Below the pieces are notes generated by a model. The model saw only the letters and a program-made list of their open reading frames with translations. It did no database searches and had not been told where the DNA came from. Made by a program: the position numbers and the translations under genes. Shown here piece by piece: positions 1-10,691 of a stretch of DNA of 64,000 nucleotides. Origin of the DNA: an uncultured Acidobacteriota bacterium (GTDB taxonomy: Bacteria > Acidobacteriota > Thermoanaerobaculia > Multivoradales > UBA5704); contig OY969474.1 in the NCBI GenBank assembly GCA_963700145.1, forward strand, positions 4,352,001 to 4,416,000, given 5' to 3'. Position 1 is the first letter of the stretch. Each line of letters begins with the position of its first letter.

Positions 1-2
1 GC

Positions 3-209
3 GATACGATCCAGACCATCGCCAACCTGCAGCTCGGCCCGGGCAAGCTGCGGCAGATCAACCCCGGCGCCCACCCGCTGCCGGCCGGCGGCCTGGCCAA
101 CGGGTTCAGCGTCGAGGTCAAGGTGAAGGCGGGGAAGATCCTGGCCGGCGCCCAGGTGATCAACGACTCGACCAACGACCCGGCCTACATCCTCGGCGAG
201 ACGCGCTGA
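3..209 (+). CDS. 3' end of a probable secreted/surface protein (partial)
   Basis: Open frame from the window edge, DTIQTIANLQLGPG...GFSVEVKVKAGKILAGAQVINDSTNDPAYILGETR*, with TGA at 207-209; beta-strand-like, high-GC codon usage. Confidence 0.7.
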   Translation, partial: DTIQTIANLQLGPGKLRQINPGAHPLPAGGLANGFSVEVKVKAGKILAGAQVINDSTNDPAYILGETR

Positions 210-226
210 TCCTCGTCCCCGCCGTC

Positions 227-271
227 CGCGATCGGGCCGCCGGACCACCCTCCGGCGGCCCGTCGCGCTTT
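227..271 (+). terminator. Rho-independent terminator-like hairpin
   Basis: Perfect 12-bp stem CGGGCCGCCGGA/TCCGGCGGCCCG (233-262), 6-nt loop, extended by CGCGA/TCGCG and followed by a short T run; lies just after the stop at 209. Confidence 0.6.
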
Positions 272-312
272 CAGCGGCCTCTCGCCCCCAACGCCGCCCC
301 GGGTCCGGGCCG

Positions 313-318
313 TACAAT
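313..318 (+). promoter_or_regulatory. Putative -10 box (TACAAT) for a leaderless or short-leader transcript
   Basis: TACAAT lies 9 nt before the ATG at 328; no Shine-Dalgarno in between. Confidence 0.45.
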
Positions 319-327
319 CAACGTCCG

Positions 328-1560
<1,233 letters not shown>

Positions 1561-1567
1561 TCCCGAC

Positions 1568-2707
1568 ATGAGCACCGACCTCCTGCCGGTCCTGGCTCCC
1601 CGCGAGGCGCGCGCCGCGGCGCGCGGGACCGCCGGGCTGTGCCTCAACCCCTTCCTTCACCTCGGCCCCGAGCGGATCTACGACCCGCTCACCGACCGCA
1701 TGCTGACGAGCGGCGAGGCCGGCTTCGCTGCGCTGGCGCGGCTCGTCGCCGGCGGCGCCGAGCTCGCCGAGCTGCCGGCGGGGGAGCGCGAGCTCCTCGC
1801 CGCCGGCGGTTGGCTGTTGCCGGCCGCCGAGGACCCCTCCAGCCGCTTCCTCTTGAAGTACGTCTCGCTCGAAGCGCACACGGTCTGCAACCAGACCTGC
1901 TACTTCTGCCCGGTGTCGGTCGCGCCGCGCGAGGACTACTTCATGCCGACCGAGCTGTACGAGCGGATCGTGGGGGAGCTGGCGGCCTTCCGCGAGACGA
2001 TCGACGGCGTCTTCATGATCAACTACAACGAGCCCACCCTCGACAAGCGGTTCGTCGAGCAGGTGCGGACCATCAAGGAGGCCGGGCTGCCGCCGGCCGT
2101 GCTCACCAACGCCACCGGGCTGACGCCGCGGCGCGTGGACGCGATCGTCGCTATGGGGGGCCTGCGCTATCTCTCGGTCAACCTCTCGACCGTCGACCGC
2201 GACCGTTATCGCGACGACCGGGGAGGCGACCACCTGAAGCTGGTGCTCACGAACCTGGAGTACATGCGGGACCGCCCGGTGGCCGAGCGGATGGACATGG
2301 TGGTCCTCGGCACGGGCGACGCGAATCACCGCCGCGACTACGAGGAGATCCGCGAGCGCTTCGCGGGCAGCCGCTTCGACGTCAAGTCCTACGAGGTCAT
2401 GGACCGCGCCGGCTACATGCAGATCGGCGCCCGGCCGGCGCGCGACGGCCGCCGCCTCTGCGGCTGCGACAACATCGGCTCGCGGCCGCTGCAGCACCTG
2501 CACATCACGCCGCGCGGCCAGTGCGTCCTCTGCTGCGAGGACTACGACGAGCGCTACGTCGTCGGCGACCTGACGCAGAGCAGCGTCGCCGAGGTGCTGC
2601 GCGGCCCGGAGATGGCGCGGCTCCGCCGTTGGGTCTACGGCCTGGAGGAGGCGCCCCAGGACTTCATCTGCCGCGGCTGCACCTTCGCTCTCACCCGGCC
2701 GGCCTGA
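1568..2707 (+). CDS. Radical SAM protein with SPASM/Twitch domain
   Basis: CNQTCYFC (CxxxCxxC), YNEPTLD, C-terminal C...CVLCCED...ICRGC cysteine pattern. Confidence 0.85.
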   Translation: MSTDLLPVLAPREARAAARGTAGLCLNPFLHLGPERIYDPLTDRMLTSGEAGFAALARLVAGGAELAELPAGERELLAAGGWLLPAAEDPSSRFLLKYVSLEAHTVCNQTCYFCPVSVAPREDYFMPTELYERIVGELAAFRETIDGVFMINYNEPTLDKRFVEQVRTIKEAGLPPAVLTNATGLTPRRVDAIVAMGGLRYLSVNLSTVDRDRYRDDRGGDHLKLVLTNLEYMRDRPVAERMDMVVLGTGDANHRRDYEEIRERFAGSRFDVKSYEVMDRAGYMQIGARPARDGRRLCGCDNIGSRPLQHLHITPRGQCVLCCEDYDERYVVGDLTQSSVAEVLRGPEMARLRRWVYGLEEAPQDFICRGCTFALTRPA

Positions 2708-2747
2708 GAGCTCGGCCGCCGGGCGGGCCCGCCCTCGATCCCCGTCC

Positions 2748-3800
2748 ATGCGCCTCGCCGTCGTCCTCGTCCACTACCACGCGGCGGAGCTGGCCCGCGC
2801 CGCGGTGGCGGCGCTGCGCGCCGACCTGGCGGGGACCGGCGTCGAGACCGAGTGGCTGCTGGTGGACAACGGCAGCGACGCCGGCGAGCGCGAGCTGCTC
2901 GCCGGTCTCGGGGTCGAGCGCCTCGACCCGGGCGAGAACCTGGGCTACGCCGGCGGCGTCAATCTGGGCGTGGCGCGGGCGCGCGCGGACGCCTTGCTGC
3001 TGATGAACCCGGACGTGCTGGCGCTCCCCGGCTGCGTGCCGGCACTGCTGGCGCGGCTGCACGCCGGAGCGGCGATCGCCGGACCGCGCTTTTTCTGGGA
3101 CCGCGGGCGGCGGCTGTTGCTGCCGCCGGCCGAGCCGCGCCGGCGCCGCGACGAGCTGTGGGCGATGCTCGCGGCGCGCGGCCAGCGCTGGGCGGCGCGG
3201 GCGCGGCGGCGCTGGCGGCGGCACGCGCGCCGCCACTGGCTGGCGCGGGACCCCTTGCCGAGCCACGCGCTCTCCGGGAGCCTCCTCGCCGTGCGCCGGG
3301 ACGCCTGGGAGCGGACGGGGCCATTCGATCCCGCTTTCCGCCTCTACTTCGAGGAGACGGACTGGCTGTTGCGTGCCGCCCGCCTGGGCCTGCGCGCCGA
3401 GCACGTGCCGGCGGCCGAGGCCGTCCACCTCGTCGGGCGGAGCGCCGCGCGCGAGCCGCGCGCCGGCGCCTGGTTCGAGGAGTCGGCGCGCCGCTTCCGC
3501 CGCCGCCATTACGGCGCCCCGTTCGCCTGGACGCTCGCGGCGCTCGACCGCCGCCTGCCGCGCGGCGCGCCGGCCGTCCCAGCCGCGGCGCCGCCGGGCG
3601 GGCTGCCGCAGCCCTGCTGGGTCGAGGTCTCTCCCAACCCGGCCGGCTTCCCGGCCGCCGCCGAGCGGCTGGCCGCCTGGCACACCGGCTGGACGCTGCC
3701 GGCGGAAGTGCGCGAGCGCGCGGCCGGCGAGCCGCTGGTCGCTCAGCTCACCGACGACGCCGGGCGCGAGCTCGCCCGCTGGTCCGTCGAGGACGCCTGA
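2748..3800 (+). CDS. Glycosyltransferase family 2
   Basis: LLVDNGS, NLGYAGGVN, LLMNPD, FRLYFEETDW. Confidence 0.85.
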   Translation: MRLAVVLVHYHAAELARAAVAALRADLAGTGVETEWLLVDNGSDAGERELLAGLGVERLDPGENLGYAGGVNLGVARARADALLLMNPDVLALPGCVPALLARLHAGAAIAGPRFFWDRGRRLLLPPAEPRRRRDELWAMLAARGQRWAARARRRWRRHARRHWLARDPLPSHALSGSLLAVRRDAWERTGPFDPAFRLYFEETDWLLRAARLGLRAEHVPAAEAVHLVGRSAAREPRAGAWFEESARRFRRRHYGAPFAWTLAALDRRLPRGAPAVPAAAPPGGLPQPCWVEVSPNPAGFPAAAERLAAWHTGWTLPAEVRERAAGEPLVAQLTDDAGRELARWSVEDA

Positions 3801-4823
3801 GTGCGCATCGCCTACGTCCTGCCGTTTCCCGAGCTCAACGGCGGCAACAAGGTCGTCTTCCAGCACGCGGCGCTGCTGCGCGAGCACGGGCACGAGCTGT
3901 CGGTGCTGGCCCACGGCCCCCGACCGGACTGGATCGAGATCGACGCCGCCTATCAGGACACCTCGGCGGCGCCGCCGCGCCTGGCGGCGCAGGACCTGGT
4001 GATTGCCACCTACTGGACGACGGTCGCGGAGGCGCGCGCCCTCGACGTCGGCCCCGTCGCCCACTTCTGCCAGGGCTACGAAGGGGGGCTCGAGCACTTG
4101 GCCGCGCACCGCGCGGCGATCGAGGCGGTCTACGCGCTGCCGCTCCCCACCCTCACGGTCTCGCCTCACCTCCAGGAGCTCCTCGCCGCCCGCTTCGGAC
4201 GCGAGAGCGTCGTGGTGCCGCCGCCGCTCGACCCGCTCTTCCGCCCCGCCTGGCGCCGCCGGCCGCGCCGCCGCCGCCCCTGGGTCGCGCTGCCGGGGAT
4301 CTTCGGCGCCGCGGTCAAAGGGGTGGCGACGGGCTTGGCGGCGGTCGAACGGCTGCGGCGGGACGGGCACGACTGCCGGCTGCTCCGGCTCTCGGTGCTG
4401 CCGTTCGCGGCGGAGGAGCGGCGGCTCTTCCCCGCCGACCGCTACCTCGCCGGCGTGCCGCCGCGGGCGGTGGCGGAGGCGCTGCGCGGCTGCGACCTCC
4501 TCCTCCTGCCGTCGCGCGCCGAGGAGGGGTTCGGTCTGCCGCTGCTGGAAGCGATGAGCGCCGGCGTGCCGGCGGTCGCCTCGCGCATCCCCTCGACCGT
4601 CCACCTCGCCGACGGCGCCGTGCCGCTGGTGCCGCCGGAGGACGCGGCGGCCTTCGCGGCGGCCGCCGCCGCGCTCCTGGCCGACCCGGCGGCCTGGCGC
4701 CGCGCCCGCCGGGCGGGGACGGAGCGGGCGCGGGCCTATGCGCCGGCGGCCGTGGCGCCGCTCCTCGACCGCGCCGTCCGCTGGGCCGCGGCCGTCAGCC
4801 GCCGTGACGGGCGATCGCCCTGA
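3801..4823 (+). CDS. Glycosyltransferase family 4
   Basis: N-terminal GGNKV, IATYWTT, EEGFGLPLLEAMSAG. Confidence 0.85.
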   Translation: MRIAYVLPFPELNGGNKVVFQHAALLREHGHELSVLAHGPRPDWIEIDAAYQDTSAAPPRLAAQDLVIATYWTTVAEARALDVGPVAHFCQGYEGGLEHLAAHRAAIEAVYALPLPTLTVSPHLQELLAARFGRESVVVPPPLDPLFRPAWRRRPRRRRPWVALPGIFGAAVKGVATGLAAVERLRRDGHDCRLLRLSVLPFAAEERRLFPADRYLAGVPPRAVAEALRGCDLLLLPSRAEEGFGLPLLEAMSAGVPAVASRIPSTVHLADGAVPLVPPEDAAAFAAAAAALLADPAAWRRARRAGTERARAYAPAAVAPLLDRAVRWAAAVSRRDGRSP

Positions 4824-5823
4824 AGGGATAGAAGAGCTGCTCGAAGAGAGCGCCGAGGGCGCCGAAGCGGCCCGCCTCCTGCTCGGCGGGGAACGTCGGG
4901 TCGTCGATCCCGGTCTCGGGGTACTCGTCGTAGCCGCGGTACTGGGTGCCGAAGAGGTGGTCCCAGATGCTGAAGGTGAGCCCGAAGTTCCGGTCGCGAT
5001 GGCGCGGCTCGATCGAGTGATGGACGCGGTGGGACTGCGGGGTCACCAGCACGTAGCGCAGGACGCCGAAGTTGGAGCGGATGTTCGAGTGGTAGAGCCG
5101 GGTGTGCCAGTGGCGGATCCAGACGATGGCCACGATGCTGGCGAAGGAGTGCTCGACCATGAAGATGGGGATGAAGCCGATGGTGTAGATGAAGAGGTCG
5201 TCCACGGGGTGGACGCGGTACTCGGTGAAGAAGTTGAGCTCCCGTTGCGAGTGGTGCACGGCATGGAAGTACCAGAGGAAGGAGACCCGGTGGCGCACCA
5301 CGTGCGTGAACCAGAACACCAGGTCGCCGAACAGCAGCGCCAGCGCGAAGCGGGCGAGCCAGGGCCACTCGGCGGCGGCCTGGATGGTGAGGAAATCGAG
5401 ATGGCGGTCGTAGAAGAAGCGGAGCGCCACGACGTAGAGCGGCAGGACGGCGGCGTGCGCCCCCAGCTTGAGCAGGGTCCAGCCCAGGTCGAAGCGGGTG
5501 CCGCGCGCGAAGAGCGATTGGGCCGGCCGGGCTGGGATCAGCCGCTCCAGCAGCAGGACCAGCGCGAACACCAGGTAGAACCAGGGGTTGAGTAGAATCT
5601 CGGCGACGAGCGTGCGGTAGAGCGTCTCGTACGACTGTCCGAAGCGGTTCTCGATCGCCGTCTGCAGCCCCTCCTGCGGATAGAGCAAAGCGAGCGCGAG
5701 AGCGATCAGGACGAAGGTCAGGACCAGCCCCACGAGCGCCGTGGGCCGGCTGCGCCGCTGCTGCGGATTCAGCTCGCCGGGCGTGGAAGGGGAAGGAGAG
5801 GACGCGGGGAGACTCGACTGCAT
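4795..5823 (-). CDS. Sterol desaturase / fatty-acid hydroxylase family membrane di-iron enzyme
   Basis: His boxes HVVRH, FHAVHHS, YHSN, HRVHH; NFGLTFSIWDHLFGT; transmembrane segments. Confidence 0.85.
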   Translation of the reverse strand: MQSSLPASSPSPSTPGELNPQQRRSRPTALVGLVLTFVLIALALALLYPQEGLQTAIENRFGQSYETLYRTLVAEILLNPWFYLVFALVLLLERLIPARPAQSLFARGTRFDLGWTLLKLGAHAAVLPLYVVALRFFYDRHLDFLTIQAAAEWPWLARFALALLFGDLVFWFTHVVRHRVSFLWYFHAVHHSQRELNFFTEYRVHPVDDLFIYTIGFIPIFMVEHSFASIVAIVWIRHWHTRLYHSNIRSNFGVLRYVLVTPQSHRVHHSIEPRHRDRNFGLTFSIWDHLFGTQYRGYDEYPETGIDDPTFPAEQEAGRFGALGALFEQLFYPFRAIARHGG

Positions 5824-5846
5824 GATACGGACGAAAGTATAGCCGA

Positions 5847-6560
5847 ATGGCTACCCCCGCCTGGCGCCTCGCCGCCGACCCGCAGCAGCTCCGGGAGCAG
5901 TACCGGACGGCGCGGCCGTTCCCGCACATCGTGCTCGACGGGCTCTTCCCCGACACGCTCCTCGAAGGGGTGTTGGACGAGTTCCCCAAGCCGGGGGAGA
6001 TCCCCTGGCAGCACTTCGACAGCCCGACCGAAAAGAAGCTCGGCTACACCTACGGCGCGCCGCTCGGGCCGCGCCTGCAGAGCTTCCTCTGGCAGATGAG
6101 CGCGCCGCCGGTGCTGCAGTTCCTGGAGGCGCTGACCGGCATCGAGGGGCTGATCCCCGACCCCTACTTCGGCGGTGCCGGCCCGCACCAGATCGAGCCT
6201 GGCGGCTTCCTGAAGATCCACGCCGACTTCAACTGGCACCCGCTGCTGAAGCTCGACCGCCGGCTCAACCTGATCGTCTACCTGAACCGCGAGTGGCGCG
6301 AGGAGTACGGCGGCCACATCGAGCTGTGGGACCGGGAGATGACGCGCCGCGAGCGGAAAGTGCTGCCGGTCTGGAACCGCACCGTCGTCTTCAACACCAC
6401 CGACTTCTCCTACCACGGCCACCCCGAACCGCTGGCCTCGCCGCCGGGGACCAACCGCAAATCGGTCTCCTTCTACTACTACTCGAACGGCCGGCCGGCC
6501 GAAGAGCGCTCGGCGCCGCACGACACGGTCTTCCGCAAGACGCACGAGCGGGACTGGTAG
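5847..6560 (+). CDS. 2OG-Fe(II) oxygenase (prolyl-hydroxylase-like)
   Basis: PFPHIVLD, HADFN (HxD), RRLNLIVYLN, SYHGHP, RKS. Confidence 0.85.
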   Translation: MATPAWRLAADPQQLREQYRTARPFPHIVLDGLFPDTLLEGVLDEFPKPGEIPWQHFDSPTEKKLGYTYGAPLGPRLQSFLWQMSAPPVLQFLEALTGIEGLIPDPYFGGAGPHQIEPGGFLKIHADFNWHPLLKLDRRLNLIVYLNREWREEYGGHIELWDREMTRRERKVLPVWNRTVVFNTTDFSYHGHPEPLASPPGTNRKSVSFYYYSNGRPAEERSAPHDTVFRKTHERDW

Positions 6561-6586
6561 GACCGGCGGCGCCGAGGCGCGAACGC

Positions 6587-7720
6587 TCAGCGCTCGACGA
6601 CCACGTAAAAGCCTTTGGTGCCGAGGCTCTCGCGGTCCACCTCGAACGGCGCTGGGAGCTGCGCGAAGCGCGCCGGCAGCTCCGTGCGCTGCGGGTGGAG
6701 GGTGAAGCGCTCGAGGCCGGAGCGCCGCAGCCAGTCCTCCAAGGTGCGGCGGGTAAAGAAGCGGTAGTGGGTGTAGCAGAGGAGGCCGATCGGCAGGTAG
6801 TCCCAGCGGCCGGCGAGGAGGTCCTCGACGACGGCGTAGTGGCCGACGTTGGGGATCGAGAAGACGGCGCGGCCGCCGGGGGCGAGGAGGCGCGGCAGGC
6901 GGCCGAGGAAGGCTTCGCTCTCGACGAGGTGCTCGACCAGCTCGAGGGCGAGGACGAGGTCGAACGGGCCCTCGAGCTCCAGCTCCTCGACGTCCCCTTG
7001 GATCACCCGGTGGAGGTGCCGCGCCGCCTCGCGCGCGGCGAGCGGGTTGAGCTCGACCCCGGTCACCCGGCAACCCAGCCGTTCCTGGAGGAGGCGCCCC
7101 GTGGCGCCGCGGCCGCACCCCACCTCCAGCACTTCGCGGGCCCCGGGCGGGACGAAGGATAGGATGTCGTCGCGCACCTCGCCGTAGTAATCGATGAACT
7201 CGTGGCAGAGGCCGGCGCGGGCGGCGCCTGGCCGCTCGGCGAAGAGCGCGGGATCGCCCGCGAGCTCCGCCGCCGGCCGGCTGCCGGCGAGGCGCTCCCA
7301 CGCTTCCCAGGAGAGGAGAGTGACCGGGGGCGGCGGCGCCGGTGTCCGCCCTGGGGAGGCCGCGCCGGGGTCGTCGAGGAACAGCCATTCCAGCCGCTCG
7401 TAGCCGCGCAGGGTGTAGACGGGACGATCGGCGGCGAGCCCGATGTCGGCCAGCCGCTCGGGACGGACCTCGGCGGCGCCGGCGGCGAGTGCTGCGCGCA
7501 TCGCGGCGAGGCTGCGACGGCCGATCAGCACGTTCGCGCCGCCGACCAGGAGGACGGCGTCGCGGCGGCCGGCGGGGAGTGGCGTCTCGCCGGCGACCAC
7601 CGCGTCGACCGCGTCGAAGGCGGCGCGCGCCTCGAGCAGGGTGTGCGACCAGAGGTAGCGGAACTCGGGGGACTGGGCGCTTTCCGGGTCGAAGAGCTTG
7701 AACAGGAGGAGGTCGGTCAA
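6587..7720 (-). CDS. Class I SAM-dependent methyltransferase with N-terminal extension
   Basis: VLEVGCGRG, FDLVLALELVEHL, SIPNVGH; TTG start. Confidence 0.8.
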   Translation of the reverse strand: MTDLLLFKLFDPESAQSPEFRYLWSHTLLEARAAFDAVDAVVAGETPLPAGRRDAVLLVGGANVLIGRRSLAAMRAALAAGAAEVRPERLADIGLAADRPVYTLRGYERLEWLFLDDPGAASPGRTPAPPPPVTLLSWEAWERLAGSRPAAELAGDPALFAERPGAARAGLCHEFIDYYGEVRDDILSFVPPGAREVLEVGCGRGATGRLLQERLGCRVTGVELNPLAAREAARHLHRVIQGDVEELELEGPFDLVLALELVEHLVESEAFLGRLPRLLAPGGRAVFSIPNVGHYAVVEDLLAGRWDYLPIGLLCYTHYRFFTRRTLEDWLRRSGLERFTLHPQRTELPARFAQLPAPFEVDRESLGTKGFYVVVER

Positions 7721-7729
7721 CGGGCGTGC

Positions 7730-7736
7730 ATACTAT
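7730..7736. promoter_or_regulatory. Overlapping bidirectional -10 elements
   Basis: + strand TACTAT (7731-7736) 7 nt before ATG 7744; - strand TAGTAT (7735-7730) 9 nt before TTG 7720. Confidence 0.5.
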
Positions 7737-7743
7737 CGCGCCG

Positions 7744-8451
7744 ATGTGCGAGCTGACGGTCGTCGTCCCCGCCTACAATGAGGCGCAGCGGCTGGGGTCC
7801 ACCCTGCGCCGGACGGTGGACTACCTGGCGGGGCGCAGCCTCGCCTACGAGCTGCTGGTGGTGGACGACGGCAGCCGCGACGCGACGGTCGAGGTGGCCG
7901 AGGAGTTCGCCGGCGAAGGCGTGCGGGTGCTGCGCCACGGGCGGAACCGCGGTAAGGGAGCGGCGGTCAAGACCGGCGTCCTCGCCAGCCGCGGCGCGCG
8001 CGTCCTCCTCTCCGACGCCGACGCCTCGACGCCGATCGAGGAGCTGCCGAAGCTGGAGGCGCGCCTCCCCGAGGCGCCGCTCGTCCTCGGTAGCCGCGCC
8101 GCCGCCGGCGCCGACATCCGCCGCCACCAGCCGATCTACCGCGAGCTGATGGGGAAGGTCTTCAATCTCATCATCCGCCTGCTCGGCGTGCGCGGCGTGC
8201 GCGACACGCAGTGCGGCTTCAAGCTCCTCGACGGCGCGGTGGGGCGCGACCTCTGCGCCGACCTCACGGTCGAGGGGTTCGCCTACGACGTCGAGCTGGT
8301 GCTCCTGGCGCGGCGGCGCGGGCACCGCGTGGTGGAGGTCGGTGTGGTCTGGGAGGACTCGCCCGACTCGCGCGTCGACCCCCTGCGCTCGTCCTTCGCC
8401 ATGCTGCGCGACGTGGCGCGCCTCCGCTTCCGCCGGGCGGGGCGCCGTTGA
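7744..8451 (+). CDS. Polyprenol-phosphate glycosyltransferase (dolichyl-P beta-glucosyltransferase-like GT2)
   Basis: VVVPAYNE, VVDDGSRD, NRGKGAAV, DADAS, DTQCGFKL, FAYDVEL; ATG 7744 preferred over GTG 7726. Confidence 0.88.
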   Translation: MCELTVVVPAYNEAQRLGSTLRRTVDYLAGRSLAYELLVVDDGSRDATVEVAEEFAGEGVRVLRHGRNRGKGAAVKTGVLASRGARVLLSDADASTPIEELPKLEARLPEAPLVLGSRAAAGADIRRHQPIYRELMGKVFNLIIRLLGVRGVRDTQCGFKLLDGAVGRDLCADLTVEGFAYDVELVLLARRRGHRVVEVGVVWEDSPDSRVDPLRSSFAMLRDVARLRFRRAGRR

Positions 8452-10691
8452 GGCTCAACCCCGCGCTGCCGCTCCTCGCCCTGGCGGCGGCGGGCCCGCT
8501 GCTCGTGCGCTTGCGGCGCTCTCCCGCGCCGCTCGCCGGCCTGGCGATCGCCTGGGCGCTCGTCGGGGTGGCGGGGATCGCGCTCCTGGCGCCGGCGCTG
8601 TCGCTGCCGGACGGCATCCCCAGCCCGGCGGCGAGCCTCGCCCACCTCCCCCCCTGGCAGGGGACCGGCGACCCCGCCGGCGGCAACCCGCACCTGCGCG
8701 ACGTCACCTTCCAGATCCAGCCCTGGCTGCTCCACCTGCGGCGGGAGCTGCGCGCCGGTCGCCTCCCCTTCTGGAACCCGCACCAGTCCGCCGGCGCGCC
8801 GTTCTGGGCCAACGGCCAGTCGGCGCCCCTCTTCCCGCTCCACCTGCTGTTCGCGGCGCTGCCGCTGCAGCTCGGCTTCGTCCTGCTGCCCTGGCTGCGG
8901 GTCGTGGTCGGCGGCTGCGGCGCTTGGCTGCTCGGGCGAGAGCTGGGGCTGTCGCGGCCGGCGGCGCTGCTGGCGGCGCTCGTCTTCCCGCTCTCGGGGA
9001 TGCTGGTGAGCTTCGTCCTCTTCCCGATGGGCAACGCGCTGGCGCTCGTGCCCTGGGTGCTCTGGACGGTCGAGCGGATCGCGGCGGGGCGGGGGGGCGC
9101 GGCGGCTCTCGCCCTCGCCGCCGGCCTCCAGCTCCTCGGCGGCCATCCGGAGACCTCGCTGCACACGGCGCTCCTGTCCGCGGTCTACCTCGCGGTGCGC
9201 GGTGCGGCGCGGCCGGGCGCCGCCTGGCTGCGCTGGGCCGGCGGCTGGCTCCTCGCCGCCGCCCTCGCCGCCGTCCAGCTCCTGCCGCTCGCCCTCACCC
9301 TGCCGGAGACCGCCCGCTGGCAGGCGGCGGCAGCCGCCGCGGCCGCGGAGGTGCCTTCCTTTGCGCTCCTCCTCGTCCAGCCGCTGCGGCTGGTCCTACC
9401 GCAGCTCTACGGCCATCCGGCGGCGAGTACTTGGTGGGGACCGTTCAACTACTCGGCGACCGCGGTCTACGCCGGCGCTGTCGCCCTGCCGCTGGCGGCG
9501 GCGGGGCTGGCGCGGACCCGCGGCGACCGCCGCTGGCGCGCGGTGGCGGTCCTCCTCGCCTTCTCCTTCGTCGCCGCCTACCACTGGCCGGGGGTGCGCG
9601 ACGTGCTGGCTGCGTTGCCCGTCCTCGGCCGCGCCGCCCAGCACCGCCTCCTCTTCGGCGTCGAGCTGGCGCTCGCTCTCCTTGCCGGCGCCGGCTGCGA
9701 CCGCTGGCTCGAGGGCCGCGGGCGCGGTCTGCTCGCCGGGAGCGCGGCGGTCGCCGCTCTCCTCGCCGCCTCCTGGCTGGTCTTCGCCGGCGACTGGGCG
9801 GCCCGCGGTCTCACCGGCGAGCAGCTCGCCTGGACGGCCGGTGCCGGCGCCGTGGCGCTGGCGCTAGTCCTCTCCCTGCGGCTGCCAGCGTCCCGCCGCT
9901 GGGCGGTCTGGCCGCTCCTGCCCGTGGTCGTCCTGGTCGACCTCCTTCTCGCCCACGGCGCGATCCCCGGCGCTCTGCCGCTCCCCCGGCTCTACCCGGA
10001 GACCGGCGCCGTCCGCTTCCTCCGCGGGCGCGAGGGCAGGGTCGCCGGCACCGGCGAGGCGCTGCGTCCGAACGCGGCCATGGTCTACGGGCTCTACGAC
10101 CCGCGCGGCGACGACCCGGTGAAGCTCGTCCGCTATGCGGCCGTCTACCAGACCTTCGCGCCGGCCGACCCGGTCTACGCGCGGCCGATCGAGCGCTGGG
10201 AGGCCCCTTGGCTCGACCGTCTCGGCCTGCGCTGGGTGCTGAGCGGCCCGGCGGAGGAGGCGGCGCGTCCCGGCTGGCGGTTGGCCTACCGGGGAGCGGA
10301 CGCGCGGGTGTGGGAACGCCCCGGGGCGCTGCCGCTGGTGCGGTGGGAGGGAGGGGCGGCGGCGGGAGCGACGGCGGGGTGGCGGGCGGAGCCGTCGCCG
10401 CGGCTGCCCGGGTGGTGGCGGATCGCCTGGCGTGCGCCGCGGCGCGCTCTGCTCGTGGTGGCCGAAACGGCGGCGCCGGGTTGGTCGGCGCACGCCGGCG
10501 GCGAACCGCTGCCGATCGAGGCCGCCGGCGGCGCCCTCCTCGGCGTGCGGCTGGGGCCGGGGGAGGGCGTGCTCGATCTGCGCTACCGTCCGCCCGGCTG
10601 GCGCGCCGGCCTGCTGCTGAGCGCCGCCGGCGCCCTCGGTCTCGCCGCTCTCGCCTGGCGGGAGAAACCTGGTTTCCGGATGGCCGCATGA
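8448..10691 (+). CDS. YfhO-like multi-pass membrane glycosyltransferase (GT-C)
   Basis: GRLPFWNPHQSAGAPF, GGHPET, many transmembrane helices, C-terminal PGWSA...LRYRP; TTG start overlaps the upstream TGA. Confidence 0.8.
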   Translation: MRLNPALPLLALAAAGPLLVRLRRSPAPLAGLAIAWALVGVAGIALLAPALSLPDGIPSPAASLAHLPPWQGTGDPAGGNPHLRDVTFQIQPWLLHLRRELRAGRLPFWNPHQSAGAPFWANGQSAPLFPLHLLFAALPLQLGFVLLPWLRVVVGGCGAWLLGRELGLSRPAALLAALVFPLSGMLVSFVLFPMGNALALVPWVLWTVERIAAGRGGAAALALAAGLQLLGGHPETSLHTALLSAVYLAVRGAARPGAAWLRWAGGWLLAAALAAVQLLPLALTLPETARWQAAAAAAAAEVPSFALLLVQPLRLVLPQLYGHPAASTWWGPFNYSATAVYAGAVALPLAAAGLARTRGDRRWRAVAVLLAFSFVAAYHWPGVRDVLAALPVLGRAAQHRLLFGVELALALLAGAGCDRWLEGRGRGLLAGSAAVAALLAASWLVFAGDWAARGLTGEQLAWTAGAGAVALALVLSLRLPASRRWAVWPLLPVVVLVDLLLAHGAIPGALPLPRLYPETGAVRFLRGREGRVAGTGEALRPNAAMVYGLYDPRGDDPVKLVRYAAVYQTFAPADPVYARPIERWEAPWLDRLGLRWVLSGPAEEAARPGWRLAYRGADARVWERPGALPLVRWEGGAAAGATAGWRAEPSPRLPGWWRIAWRAPRRALLVVAETAAPGWSAHAGGEPLPIEAAGGALLGVRLGPGEGVLDLRYRPPGWRAGLLLSAAGALGLAALAWREKPGFRMAA

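Noticed and set aside
1568-2707. Radical SAM as the missing maturase or RRE of the RiPP operon
   Set aside because: It lies more than 20 kb away inside a glycan operon, and nothing links it to the precursor.
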